Assembly: GCA_963823665.1 (NCBI GenBank)
Contig: CAWGMQ010000011.1
Span: 768,001 to 832,000, forward strand
Length of the DNA: 64,000 bases
Reading direction: 5' to 3'
DNA from: an uncultured Planctomycetota bacterium
GTDB lineage: Bacteria; Planctomycetota; Planctomycetia; Isosphaerales; Isosphaeraceae
The notes below the pieces were generated by a model, which was not told where the DNA came from, ran no database searches, and saw only the letters and a program-made list of their open reading frames with translations. The translations under genes and the position numbers were made by a program. Every line of letters begins with the position of its first letter. The stretch's first letter is position 1. Shown here piece by piece: positions 41,808 through 52,782 of the stretch.

Positions 41808-43232
41808 ATGAGCCGCGCCGTCCGCTTTAGTTTGACCGTGGTTGCCTTCATTTCGTGCTTCGCAGCGGCACCGGCCGTCGCGGCTGATGCTCAGGGCGCG
41901 GTGCCGGAACAGGTTCGAGGCGCGTATCGGTTTGAGAAAGGCGGCTGGATTTATGTCCATCTCGAGGGCTCGCCGATGCAGGTTGGTTATCAGCATGGCT
42001 GGCTGCTTTCCGCAGAAATCGAAGATTTCCTCAGAGTGATCAAGCCCTTCCTCGAAAAAACGACCAGACGTGACTGGGCCTTTTACCGCGAGGCATCGGA
42101 GAAGATGCTCTGGCCTGCAATTGACGCGGAGTATCGCGCCGAGATCGACGGCATCGTGGCGGGGCTCGCGGCCAAGGGCGTGAAGGCCGATCGATGGGAC
42201 CTGGTTGCCTTGAGCGCCAATCAAGAGCTGCCGTACTACTATGTGCCGTGGGTGGACAAAAAGGATGGAAAAAAGCCGGTCACGCACGCACCGGGCAATT
42301 GCAGCGCATTTGTCGCCACCGGAAGCTACACCAAGGACGGCCGGATCGTCATGGGCCACAACGCGTGGACCAATTATGTAATTGGCTCGCGCTGGAACAT
42401 CGTCTTTGACATCAAGCCCGAGCACGGCTCGCGCATGCTCATGGACGGCCTACCGGGCGTGATCGCCAGCGACGACGATTTCGGCGTCAACTCCGATGGG
42501 ATCCTGGTCACCGAAACCACGATCACCCAGTTCGAGGGCTGGGATCCCGACGCCAAGCCCGAGTTCGTCCGCGCGCGCAAGGCGCTCCAGTACAGCAAAT
42601 CGATTGACGACTTCGTCCGCATCATGCTCGACGGCAACAACGGAGGCTACGCCAACGACTGGCTGATCGGCGACAACAAGACCGGTGAGATCGCGCTCCT
42701 TGAGCTTGGTCTCAAGAACCACTTCGTCAAGCGAACGAAAGACGGCTGCTACTTCGGCTCGAACTTCCCGGTGACCGAGGTGCTAACTCGCGAAGAAACC
42801 AAGTTCGACCCGACAAAGAAAGATTCATCGCCCAACGCGCGCAAGGCACGCTGGCAGGAGCTTATCGACCAGCACAAGGGCAAGATCGACCTCGAATTAG
42901 CCAAGTCGTTTGAGACCGATTCCTTCGACGCATATGCGAAGACAAGCGGCACGAACGAGCGAACGCTCTGCGGCCGGGTCGAGACCTCGCCCCGTGGATG
43001 CCCTGAGTGGGACTGGCCGCCCTTCTTCCCCGGCGGAACCGTTCAGTCCAAGGTCACCGACGGCACGCTCGCGGCAAAGCTGTCTTTCGTGGGCCAGGTC
43101 GGCCACGCCGGTTCCGACTTCCTGGTCGAGCCGTTTTTGAAGGAGCACAACGAATACGATTGGATGCGCGGGCTGCTCAGGGACATGAAGTGCGGAGCGT
43201 GGGTGCAGTTCCACGCGGATGCGAAGGAATAG
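41808..43232 (+). CDS. Secreted Ntn-hydrolase (peptidase C45 / phospholipase B-like)
   Basis: Signal peptide, GSPMQVGYQHG, GN|CSAFVATG nucleophile site, GHNAW, ETTI, NNGGYANDW. Confidence 0.82.
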   Translation: MSRAVRFSLTVVAFISCFAAAPAVAADAQGAVPEQVRGAYRFEKGGWIYVHLEGSPMQVGYQHGWLLSAEIEDFLRVIKPFLEKTTRRDWAFYREASEKMLWPAIDAEYRAEIDGIVAGLAAKGVKADRWDLVALSANQELPYYYVPWVDKKDGKKPVTHAPGNCSAFVATGSYTKDGRIVMGHNAWTNYVIGSRWNIVFDIKPEHGSRMLMDGLPGVIASDDDFGVNSDGILVTETTITQFEGWDPDAKPEFVRARKALQYSKSIDDFVRIMLDGNNGGYANDWLIGDNKTGEIALLELGLKNHFVKRTKDGCYFGSNFPVTEVLTREETKFDPTKKDSSPNARKARWQELIDQHKGKIDLELAKSFETDSFDAYAKTSGTNERTLCGRVETSPRGCPEWDWPPFFPGGTVQSKVTDGTLAAKLSFVGQVGHAGSDFLVEPFLKEHNEYDWMRGLLRDMKCGAWVQFHADAKE

Positions 43233-43312
43233 CGCGAGCGATCGGTGCCGCGACGGCCACACCGTTTGGTACAATCAGACTCGGCTGTTTTCCAGCCGCC
43301 CAGGAGCTTGCC

Positions 43313-43549
43313 ATGTCCCGAGTCGCGATTGAGTTAGAGCTTCCTGACGATTTGGGTCGATTGCGCTTGCCGCGCGCGCTGAACGCCCGCCTGCAGCAAT
43401 TGCTTGATCGTCAGGATAGCGGCGTCCCTCTCAACGCGGACGAGCGGGAAGAGGGAGAAGGCCTCGTCGAAGTGGCTGAACTTCTGACTTTGCTGCGCCT
43501 TCGCTCCGAATTCGGCACGGCTACGGGAAGCCCAACGAAGCGGCGATGA
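43313..43549 (+). CDS. Small helical protein, paralog of 19751 (HNH-associated putative antitoxin)
   Basis: RBS AGGAG. LRLPRALNARLQQLLDRQDSGVPLNADEREEGEGLVEVAELLTLLRLR. Confidence 0.75.
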   Translation: MSRVAIELELPDDLGRLRLPRALNARLQQLLDRQDSGVPLNADEREEGEGLVEVAELLTLLRLRSEFGTATGSPTKRR

Positions 43550-43651
43550 AGGATACGCCGGAACGATTGCGGGGCTAAATGGCTTTTCGTAATTCCGGGA
43601 CGGCGATTCGCCCGGCGCGGAGCATTGACAGTACCCAGTGCCACCCGAAGA

Positions 43652-43696
43652 CCTTCGGTCTGGCAGAGGGCGGGGTCTGGAAACCCGCGCCCAACG
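43652..43696. repeat. REP-like element (CCGAAGaccTTCGG; GGCGGGGTCTGGAAACCCGCGCCCAAC)
   Basis: Short hairpins between convergent genes, resembling planctomycete GGTCGGGAGACCCGCGCCCAAC repeats. Confidence 0.45.
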
Positions 43697-43743
43697 AGAT
43701 TGCCAGTGCCACCCACCGCAGCCGCATGATCGTGCGATGCGTT

Positions 43744-46700
43744 TCAGCCCCCGGCCTTCTCCGCCGGCACCACCAGATCCGGCACCTCAACCGTTTCGAG
43801 CCCGTCGACATCAAAAGGCATGACGGTACGGGCCCGGGTCAGGCGGCCCCGCGCGTCCTTCATGTGCGGCGCCGATAGCTCGCCTTCCGACGCGGGGGGC
43901 ACGCACGGGAATGTGAAGCGCCCCTGGTCGTCGCACATGAAGGTGACGCCGAATCGGGTCACGCTGTCGTTCTGCGGACTGAGCCGCATCCCGACCCGGT
44001 GCTTCGCTTGGGGCTTGCCGTCCGTGTCGATGATGCGGCCGGTGATCTTCGCCCCTTTCGAGATCACCAGCTTTGCATTCGCCTGTTCCGCGGAAACGGC
44101 CGTGAAGCCGCCGAGCCCCTGTTCCTGGCTGTATGCGAAGACGACGATCGGGCCCGGCTTGCGCCGAACCTCGAATCGTCCCTGATCGTCGGCCGTCGTT
44201 GACGGCCCCAATGATGAGATCACAACCCGCGCCTTGGCGACGGGGCGCTCTCGCGTCGGTGAATTCTCGATGACCACACCCTTGAAGGTCGTCTCACGCG
44301 GCGACATCGTGAGGCTCAGGTCGCGCACGACCGCGGTCTCATCCGTCACGTCCACTTTCACGGACTCGGTTCTCTGGAGCTGTTTACCACTTGTAACCGT
44401 ATAGCTCCCCGGGCCGATCCGGAACTGGAAGCGGCCCTGGGCGTCGGCCGTGACTGTGCCTCGCACGAGCTCACCTTTGTCCGCGAGCACGCCACGGAAT
44501 TCCTTGGGCAGCAGCCCCCCCTGCTCGAGTAGCATCACCATTGCGCCCGCAGACGGCCGATGGCCGGGCTCCTCGGTGACCTGGCCGCGCAGGACTGTTC
44601 CTTTGATGAGGGCGAAGTCGAGCCCGTCTTGCGCTTGGCCCTCTCGTACCGCGATGTTCTTGAGGCTTCGCGCAGCCCAGTTGTCGTCGACCACTGCGAC
44701 CATGTACGCTTGCTCGGGCTGAACGTCGAGCTCATAGCGGCCGTTTTCAGCAGTTCGAGCGGCGACCATTGGCCGCGGCGATGTGTCCGAGCCCCAGCCA
44801 TTGGCCCGAACCAGAATTTGCCGCGCCGGGCTCCCATCAGGCAGCCGCACCGTGCCGCTGACACGCGTGGCACGCAGCGCCCGGGCCGTCAATTCGGTGG
44901 GACCTCCTGGAGAATACTCGAGCGGATCGGGACAGGAGTAACCCGCCCGCGGATTGATCGAGAACCGCGTGGTTACACTTGCTCCTTTTGGGAACCAGTC
45001 AAAAATCGCGATTCCGCGCCGTCGGTAACAGCGCGCAAAGTCGTGCACAGCCTGGCGTCAAGGCCGCCTTTCTTACCCGTCGCGAACAGAAGGGCCGGTT
45101 TGATCCCGACGCCCGCCACCCCCTGCCCTCTTGAATCGGCCGTTTTGATCCGCACCGTCGGCGCCGCTTCGAGCGTGAGAATTACCTCCTCGGGTGGCGG
45201 ACCACTCGCATCGGACGCTGCCTTGTCGTAATTCTCGAAGTAGTCGAGACCGGCCCCGGAGCGAAACGCGAGCACCCACCACACGTGCGCATCGGCGGGA
45301 ATGCGCAGCGTCGCGATGCCGTCGGCGCCGGCAGTAGTATGGGTGCGGAACAACCTTTCAGCCGCTTCGACCGTCGCACCCGGCGCCGGCGCACCAGCGG
45401 CATCCTTGACGCGCACCCTCACCGCCCGGCTCGGCTTGAGCACGATCCGCGCGGCCTCCTTGCTCCGCTGTGAATGCCTGCGGTCGAATGACGCGTCGAG
45501 CCCCATGCGAGATCCGCCATCGGCTTCGGCCATGAGGCCCACCAGTCCGCTCGGGCTGACCGTCTTCAAGGTGAACCGAAACGTTCCGTCGGCGGCGGTG
45601 GTCACTTCGATGTTCGCCGGTCCATCGAACACCGGCATCGTGCGTACCAGGGCGCCGCCAACCGGCCGGCCCTGATCGTCAACCACGGCCCCCTCGACGT
45701 TCCAGAAGTCGGCATTAGGGGCCGCAATCTGCGGCGGATTGGCCTGTGTGCGCGTCGCTTCCGCGGCGGCAGCGGAGCGGCCGACGCGGATCGATGCGAC
45801 GGATAACCCCGTCACCGCCAGAGCAACTGCCAGGCCGCTCTTCACTCCGAGACTCGTGCGTGTCATGGGGATTCTCCTCGGGTCGAGAAGCCCGGCGACC
45901 CGGTCGGCCAGCGTCCACCGGGTCGCGAGTAAACCAAGTCCTGCGGGTGCGAAAGCGGAAGAATGGCACAGCGGAGTCATCTCGAGCAGCGTGCGTGCGT
46001 AGCCGCAGGGGTCGCCGCAGCGTAGCACGTGGTTGTCGCAGACCTCCTCGCGGGCGCGAGAGAGCTGGCGGTTGACGTAGTAAACGAATGGATCGGGCCA
46101 GAAGAGTGTGCCCGCGAGGCGCTGGAGCAGCCCCACCCATGCGTCGCGTCGCACCACGTGGGCGCACTCGTGCACGAGCACGTCACACAGTGAGCGCTCG
46201 GAGATCGATTCGGCCAATCCCGCGGGCAACACGACGCGAGGCCGTAGAAGACCGGCCACGATCGGCCCGCGCACGCTCGTCGACGTCACGATCGGCGGCA
46301 TTTCGGCAATGCCCATGAGCACGCGCGCTCGTTCCACCGCCGCACCAAAGCGCGCCGGTTCGAGCGGCTGCGCCTCGCGGCAAAGCAGCGTCAGCCGCCG
46401 CCAACCCACGACAACGCGCGCGAGGCCGACAAGCATTCCCGCTAACCAGAGCAAGGCCAGGCCGCCAATGATGGGATTCCCCCGCGGAACGACTTGCACC
46501 GATCTCGCGGTCGTTTTCACATCGACCGGCTGCGTCTCGGACCCCGCACGCACTTCGGCTTCGCCAATCGTCTGGTGCGTGATGAACTTCTCGGTCACCA
46601 GCCCGGAATCGACCACAGCAGGCGTGTCGATCGTGTCATCGGTGACGACCAACGTCATTGGGGCCGCCGGCAACGGCACCGCCATGGTCGCGAGCGCAAA

Positions 46701-46913
46701 ACGGGAACGTTGCAGAAGAGCGGCGATGACGGGGCTCGAACACACCCACAAGAGCACGCCGAGCCAGAGCGCGTGCCGCACGTCGGCGCGCCGTCTCAGC
46801 GCGGCGTGAGCGATCAGTGCAAAAAACGCGATCACAACCGACGATTGCAACACCGCGCCCACAATCACCCGCGCGACCGCCTGCCCCGGGTCAAGCTGCA
46901 CCAGCAGGCTCAT
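43744..46913 (-). CDS. BlaR1/MecR1-type peptidase M56 with carboxypeptidase-regulatory-like beta-sandwich repeats; frameshift near 45015
   Basis: VLVHECAHVVRRD (HEXXH), AREEVCD, repeated G.VVD.QG.PV.GA / T.ADG.F modules. One missing G (GC[G]GGAATC) joins the two ORFs. Confidence 0.85.
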
Positions 46914-47302
46914 GATTTCTTGTCCTCCGCGCGATCAATCATCTTCTTGATCTTGCGAGCTTCGTCCTTCGAGATGCCGCGGTCGTGCAGAAGCGCCATG
47001 AACAGCCCTTCGGCCGATCCGCCGAAGGCCGTGTCAACCAAGCGGCGCACGACCAAGCCCAGAGTAGCCTCACGCGGCATCGCCGCCCGGTAGCGGAAGG
47101 CGTGGCCCTCTTCGTCGCAGCAGAGCCACCCCTTTTCTTCGAGCCTCGTGACCATCGTGAGCACCGTGCTCCGGGCGAGATTCCGCCGGGCCGAGAGCAC
47201 CCTCCAGACGTCCGCAACCGTCGCCTCTCCCCGGTCCCAGACGACGTTCATGATCTCCATCTGCGCATCCGACAACGGCGGCAACGCATCATGCCCGGTC
47301 AT
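46910..47302 (-). CDS. BlaI/MecI/CopY family repressor
   Basis: LSDAQMEIMNVVW, STVLTMVTRLEEKG, AFGGS. ATGA overlap with the M56 gene. Confidence 0.93.
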   Translation of the reverse strand: MTGHDALPPLSDAQMEIMNVVWDRGEATVADVWRVLSARRNLARSTVLTMVTRLEEKGWLCCDEEGHAFRYRAAMPREATLGLVVRRLVDTAFGGSAEGLFMALLHDRGISKDEARKIKKMIDRAEDKKS

Positions 47303-47325
47303 GAAGCGATCTCCAAGATCCGCGA

Positions 47326-47372
47326 TTGACTACACGTGTCGCTATCGTAGCGACACGTGTAGTCAAATGCAA
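47326..47372 (-). promoter_or_regulatory. BlaI operator palindrome overlapping a sigma70 promoter
   Basis: Perfect 19-bp arms TTGACTACACGTGTCGCTA-tcg-TAGCGACACGTGTAGTCAA, containing two TACAnnTGTA-like boxes. Minus strand reads TTGCAT-17 nt-TACGAT. Confidence 0.85.
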
Positions 47373-49582
47373 GGGGATGCCGGGCCGGGAGCCTGATACC
47401 AATCCGACGCGTCAGTTTTCATTTTGCGGCTCGTTCGCGCCCCAGCCGGTTCCACCCCCAGCGCCTTCACGAGAAACGCCCAGGTATCGGCATTCTCGTC
47501 AATGAGCTTGGCGGTGGGCTTGCCGGCGCCGTGGCCGGCCTGGGTGTCGATGCGGATCAGCACCGGGTTGGTGCATGACTGAGCCGCCTGGAGCGCCGCC
47601 GCGAACTTGAAGCTATGGCCCGGCACCACGCGGTCGTCGTGATCGCCGGTGGTGATCAAGGTCGGCGGGTAGCATGTCCCCGGCTTGATGTTGTGCAGCG
47701 GGCTATACGCCAGGAGCGCCTTGAACAGCTCGGGATCGTCGGAGGAGCCGTAGTCGTCGGTCCAGGACCAGCCGATCGTGAACTTGTGGAAGCGAAGCAT
47801 GTCCATCACGCCGACTGCCGGCAGCGTGGCGCCGAAGAGCTCGGGCCGCTGTGTCAAGCAGGCCCCGACCAGGAGCCCGCCGTTGGACCGCCCCGAGATT
47901 GCCAGCTTCGTTTTCGACGTGTAGCCGCGCGAAATCAGCCATTCAGCCGCGGCGATGAAGTCGTCGAACACATTCTGCTTCAGCAGCTTGGTTCCCGAGC
48001 GGTGCCAGGCCTCGCCGTATTCTCCGCCGCCGCGCAGGCTCGGCTGAGCGTAAAGGCCTCCCATTTCCAGCCAGGCCATCACGCCCGGGCTGAAGTTCGG
48101 AGTGAGCGAGATATTGAACCCGCCGTAACCGAAGAGCAGCGTGGCAGCGTTGCCCTCCGGCTTGAGCCCTTTCTTGTGGCTCAAGAACATCGGGATCTTT
48201 GTCCCGTCCTTGCTTGGATAGAACACCTGCGTGGTCTCGTAGTCCTGCGGGTTGAAGCTCAGCTTCGGCTGACGCCAGAGCGTGCTCGCCCCGTTGGCCA
48301 CGTCATACCGATAGATGGAAGGCGGCGCCGTGAAGGATGAAAATGCGTAGAACGTATCCCCATCGCGGCGCTTCCCCTCGAAGCCGGTGGCGGTGCCGAG
48401 GCCTGGCAGGTCCACGTCGCGCAGGTACCTCCCATCCAGGTCGAACACCCGGACGACGGTATGCGCGTCTTTCAGATAGATGGCCAGGAAGTGACCGGCG
48501 ACCACGTCGACGTGCTGGAGGGTCTCGGCCTGCTCTGGAACGAGCTGTGCCCAGTTCTCCGGCGCAGGTCTCCGGATATCGATCGCGACGACCCGGCCCT
48601 TTGGAGCGTTCTTGTCCGTGCGAAACCAGAAGACCGGTCCGTCGTTGTCGATGAACGTCCAATCCGCGTCGAGATCTCCCACCAGGTGCACTGGTTTCTG
48701 TTCGGCCTCCTCGAACGGGCGATAAAGAACCCGGTACTTGTTGTCGGTTCCCTTCGCGATCGTCAGAATCAAATAACGCCCGTCGTCGGTGACCTTCGGA
48801 TGTGCTCGCCATTCCTTGTGCTCGGGATCTTCCCAGACGAGCTTGTCCTCCTGCTGCGCGGTGCCCAGGCGGTGATAGTAGACCCTCTGCTCGTAGTTCG
48901 CGCCCTTCATGTCCTGCCCCGGCGTCGGCTCGGGGAACCGTCCGTAAAAGAACCCTCCGCTGTCCGGGCTCCACTCCGCGTGGGAGAATTTGATCCACTT
49001 GAGCCGGTCGGACAAGTCCTTTCCCGAAGCCAGGTCGTGAACCTGCCAGACATTCCAGTCCGAGCCGGCCTGGGCAATCCCATAAGCGACATAACGCCCA
49101 TCGTGGCTGATGTCGGTGCCCGCCAGCGCGACCGTGCCGTCGGCCGAAAGCGCGTTCGGGTCGATGACCACCGCCGCCTCGCCGTCGAGCGATGCGCTCG
49201 TGTAGAGCACGCTTTGATTCTGAAGGCCTTTGTTGTAGGTGAAGAAGTACCGCCCCCCTTCGCGTTCGGGCGGCGCATACTTCTCGAAATCCCACAGCTC
49301 GGTCAACCGCCGCTTGATTGCCGCGCGCTCGGGTATTGATTCGAGAAATGCCGTTGTCTCTCGATTTTCGGCCTCGATCCACGCCCGCGTCGCCGGCGAA
49401 TCCGGATCTTCGAGCGGACGGAACCGGTCGACCACCTTCGTGCCGTGGTAGATGTCCACGGTCTCGGAATGCGGCGCTTCCGGATACTTGCCCGGGCCTG
49501 GTGCGTCTTCACGCTCCGCCCTGACGACCGCCAGGCACCACAGCCCCGCCACGAACGCCGACGCGAATGATACCTGCGACAT
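47363..49582 (-). CDS. Prolyl oligopeptidase (S9A), secreted
   Basis: SKDGTKIP, GYGGF, LRGGGEYG, GRSNGGLL, VGVMDMLRF, HDDRV, AGHGAGK. Confidence 0.95.
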   Translation of the reverse strand: MSQVSFASAFVAGLWCLAVVRAEREDAPGPGKYPEAPHSETVDIYHGTKVVDRFRPLEDPDSPATRAWIEAENRETTAFLESIPERAAIKRRLTELWDFEKYAPPEREGGRYFFTYNKGLQNQSVLYTSASLDGEAAVVIDPNALSADGTVALAGTDISHDGRYVAYGIAQAGSDWNVWQVHDLASGKDLSDRLKWIKFSHAEWSPDSGGFFYGRFPEPTPGQDMKGANYEQRVYYHRLGTAQQEDKLVWEDPEHKEWRAHPKVTDDGRYLILTIAKGTDNKYRVLYRPFEEAEQKPVHLVGDLDADWTFIDNDGPVFWFRTDKNAPKGRVVAIDIRRPAPENWAQLVPEQAETLQHVDVVAGHFLAIYLKDAHTVVRVFDLDGRYLRDVDLPGLGTATGFEGKRRDGDTFYAFSSFTAPPSIYRYDVANGASTLWRQPKLSFNPQDYETTQVFYPSKDGTKIPMFLSHKKGLKPEGNAATLLFGYGGFNISLTPNFSPGVMAWLEMGGLYAQPSLRGGGEYGEAWHRSGTKLLKQNVFDDFIAAAEWLISRGYTSKTKLAISGRSNGGLLVGACLTQRPELFGATLPAVGVMDMLRFHKFTIGWSWTDDYGSSDDPELFKALLAYSPLHNIKPGTCYPPTLITTGDHDDRVVPGHSFKFAAALQAAQSCTNPVLIRIDTQAGHGAGKPTAKLIDENADTWAFLVKALGVEPAGARTSRKMKTDASDWYQAPGPASPCI

Positions 49583-49599
49583 CGCGCTGTGCTCCTACT

Positions 49600-51388
49600 C
49601 TAGGAAGTCCATTTACGAAGTGCCGCAAGGGCGGTCGCCGTCGTCAAGCGATCGTCGTTGCGGCCGAGCCCGCGGAGTGAATCGTCGAATCGGTGGAAGG
49701 CCATTTTCATGTAAAGCTCGGCGGCGGTCTCGTCAAGTGACGTCGCAGAGCCCTGCACAAGCGAGTGGTCCCAGCGCGAGAGTGTACACGCCGAAGTGAC
49801 AAGTGCAATCGCGGCGTCCGCGATTCGCTCCTGGTCGTATTGGCGGTCCAGGAACGCCTCGCGGTGAGTGATCAAGAGCCGCTCAACCGTCCACCCGAAC
49901 CGCGAGACCCGGCGGGCGAGCGCATCCGCAATCGGCCGGAGCATCGGCGAGCTCACCGGCACCGCGGGTGACCGCACCAGTTGGCCCAGGTGCGATCCGC
50001 CGAATTTCCAGAGCGTCGGTAGAAACGAGCCCGGCTTCTTGAAGCCATCGAGCGTGCTCTTGAGTCCTGTGCCGATGTCGCGCATCCCCACCAGGGCAAT
50101 GAAGGCCTTCAAGACCTCATTGGCTCCTTCACCGATCGTGTTGATCCGCGCGTCTCGGGTCATTCGCTCGTAAGGCTCGTTGCTGAAATAGCCCTGACCG
50201 CCGAAGACCTGGAGCGTCTCGTACACACCCTGCCAGAGTGCCTCGGTGGTGAAGACCTTGAGAATCGCCGTCTCCAGCATGTAATCTTCGGCGCCGGTGT
50301 CGATCAAGGCGGCGGTCTGGTACGTGGTCGCCTCCATGGCGTACGCGGTCGCCGCCAGGTAGGCGATCTTCTTCTTGATCAGCTCGAGCTCGGCCAGCGG
50401 CCGTCCGAACTGGTGGCGGCCCGCGGCGTGCTTGGTCGCGGCGGCAAGGATCACCTTGGCGAGCCCGGTGCAGCTCGCGCCGAAAGTTGTGCGGCCGAAG
50501 TCCAGAACCGTCAGCGCCAGCTTGAGCCCCTTGCCGAGCTCGCCGAGAATGTTGGCCGCCGGCACCCGCATGTCGTGGAATGCCAGCCGTGCCGTCGCTG
50601 TGCCGCGGATACCCATTTTGGGCATCCGCGCTTCCACCACTTCGAATCCGGGCATATCCGGCGTGACCAGAAAGGCCGTGACCTTGGACTTGCCGCCCGT
50701 CGGGTCCGGCGTGCGGGCCATGACCGTCAAGACGCCGGCAATTGCCCCGTTTGTGATGTAGCGCTTGCTCCCATTCAGGATGTAGGCTTGCCCGTCCGGT
50801 GTGGGAGTCGCCGTGGTCTGAACATTGCTGGCGTCAGACCCGGCCTGCTCTTCGGTCAGGGCGAACGCAGCCAGTTTTTCAGCGCGGATCAAAGGTGGCA
50901 GCCAGCGCGCCTTTTGCTCCGCGGTGCCGAAAAGCACGAGTGCTCTCAGGCCGATCGAATGGTGCGCGTTGACGAACACGGCGGTGGCTGCACAGTGGCC
51001 GCCGATCACTTCCATGATCCGGCAGTAGCCCATTTGCGAGAATCCGCGCCCGCCGAGCTCCGGAGGTGCCGCCATTCCCATGACGCCCAGCTCGGCCAGG
51101 CCGTCGATCACCGAGCGAGGAATGTCGGCATCGCGATCGATCGCCGCCGCGTCGATGTGCGTATCTGCGAAAGCGCGCACGCGCCGCCACCGCTTCCTCG
51201 ACCACGGGTTGCTCGCTCGCCTTCAGCTCGGGATACGGGAAAATCGCCTTGCCGCGAAACTCGCCGCGGAAGATCGCCTTCGCGAACCCAGCCCGTGACT
51301 CACCCGAAAACAGCAGCTCCTCGGCCTGCTCGAGCTGTTCGGCTCTGAGCGCGCTTGCAGAATCCTGAACCGGGGACGATACCGCCAT
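49600..51388 (-). CDS. Acyl-CoA dehydrogenase (VLCAD/ACAD9-like); frameshift near 51180
   Basis: FALTEEQAGSDA, LNGSKRYITNG, KMGIRGT, QFGRPL, FGGQGY, RINTIGEGANEVL. The N-terminus is in ORF 50879..51388. Confidence 0.9.
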
Positions 51389-51422
51389 GACGAAGATCTC
51401 CTTGATTCCACACGGAATTCGA

Positions 51423-51857
51423 TCAAGGCGCCTTTCCTTGATCCGTTTGGGGTGCAGGGTCCGGTGCAGCGGGGCGCCCCTCTCGCCGCGTCAGACTCGC
51501 CAGCCCGGCGTCTTTGCCGATCCAGAACGCGATGGCGGCCCCGAGCAGAATCATCAACAAGTAGACTTGATTCACGCTCTTGAGGTCCTGGAGGTATTCC
51601 CAGAACGTCTTGGTCGTGAGGTTCGTATACCAATCCGCGAAGAAGCCCAGCACCAGCCCCGCGATGCCGCAGACCACACCTCGGGCGTAGGACTGATGCC
51701 GCGCGAGCAGACTGCATCCCAGCCCCAGGAACGCACCGGGGATCATGCCGCCGACCAGTCCCTTGCTCACGATCCAGGTGTACAAATAGAACCCCGCCAC
51801 GCCCCCCAGAGCCGCCCCCACCACACCCAGGAGGTTGCTGATCAGATACCGCAACAT
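51423..51857 (-). CDS. Small Gly-rich membrane protein (about 4 TM)
   Basis: Hydrophobic helices from MLRYLISNLLG. Lies directly upstream of the ACAD gene. Confidence 0.65.
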   Translation of the reverse strand: MLRYLISNLLGVVGAALGGVAGFYLYTWIVSKGLVGGMIPGAFLGLGCSLLARHQSYARGVVCGIAGLVLGFFADWYTNLTTKTFWEYLQDLKSVNQVYLLMILLGAAIAFWIGKDAGLASLTRREGRPAAPDPAPQTDQGKAP

Positions 51858-51999
51858 GCAGTTCACTCCCGTGCCCGTGGCCCATCTCGACTTCCGCCTG
51901 CCCTGATCATAACGCGAATTTTCGTTCGCAACCACGATCTACGCGCATCCGCTCGAGGCAGATTGATGGGGTGGGTCTCTGCGGCATAGCGTGCACGCG

Positions 52000-52782
52000 T
52001 CAGCATGGACCCGACGCCGCTCGCGCTCGATGCTCTTTGAGGAGTTGCTCCAGTGACGAGCCGCCCGGCAAGCTTCGTCTGCCATGGATCAGGGCCAGGT
52101 TGATGTCCTTCCAGGTCACGTCGCGCTTGGGAATGCGACCCGATCGGCTGGCCGGCCAGCGTCGGTGACGGGCGAAGTACTCATCCGCCCAGAGAAGGAT
52201 CTGCGCAATGGTCCATTTCCACTCATGTTTGTGTGGAAAGAGGATACTCTCCCCACGCCGCTCGGTGAGGAGTTGACGCAGCGACGAGCCGCCGGCAAAG
52301 CCGCGCGTGCCACGAGAAAGCGCGGTGTCGACGCCAGCCCACGACTCACCGCCGGAATTTGGAATCGCTCCGGACGGTCGGATCGGCCAGGTCCCGTGGC
52401 GAGCCCGATGGGCATCGGCCCACTCGAGGATCTGGCGAAGTCTCAGACGTGGCGGCTGTTTCTGATTTCGTTTGCAACGCGCCGCCGCGAGGAACTGGGC
52501 CAGCGTCAAACCGCCAGGCAAGCCTCGGTACCCCTTGTCAAGAGCTGCGGAGATTGCGTTCCAGTTCTCGCGTAGGTCCTCTCGAACCGTGCCCGAACGC
52601 ACCGTCGGCCATTTTCCGGTGCGAGCATGATGGGCGTCGGCCCACGCGAGAATCTGGGAATAGGAAAGCGGCGGACGCTGGATTGGCGGCCGGTGCCAGC
52701 GCTGATACGCCTTTCGGTCGAATGTCTTGTACCGGCGGCTCGCCCGGCTGGCGCCGATTGGTTCTGTCGCTTGATCTGTCAT
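52000..52782 (-). CDS. Basic protein with three ~74-aa repeats (ILxWADxHxxRxGxWP...W..I..AL..G.RGLPGG.SL...L)
   Basis: Three repeats are visible in the translation. No function recognised. Confidence 0.8.
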   Translation of the reverse strand: MTDQATEPIGASRASRRYKTFDRKAYQRWHRPPIQRPPLSYSQILAWADAHHARTGKWPTVRSGTVREDLRENWNAISAALDKGYRGLPGGLTLAQFLAAARCKRNQKQPPRLRLRQILEWADAHRARHGTWPIRPSGAIPNSGGESWAGVDTALSRGTRGFAGGSSLRQLLTERRGESILFPHKHEWKWTIAQILLWADEYFARHRRWPASRSGRIPKRDVTWKDINLALIHGRRSLPGGSSLEQLLKEHRARAASGPC

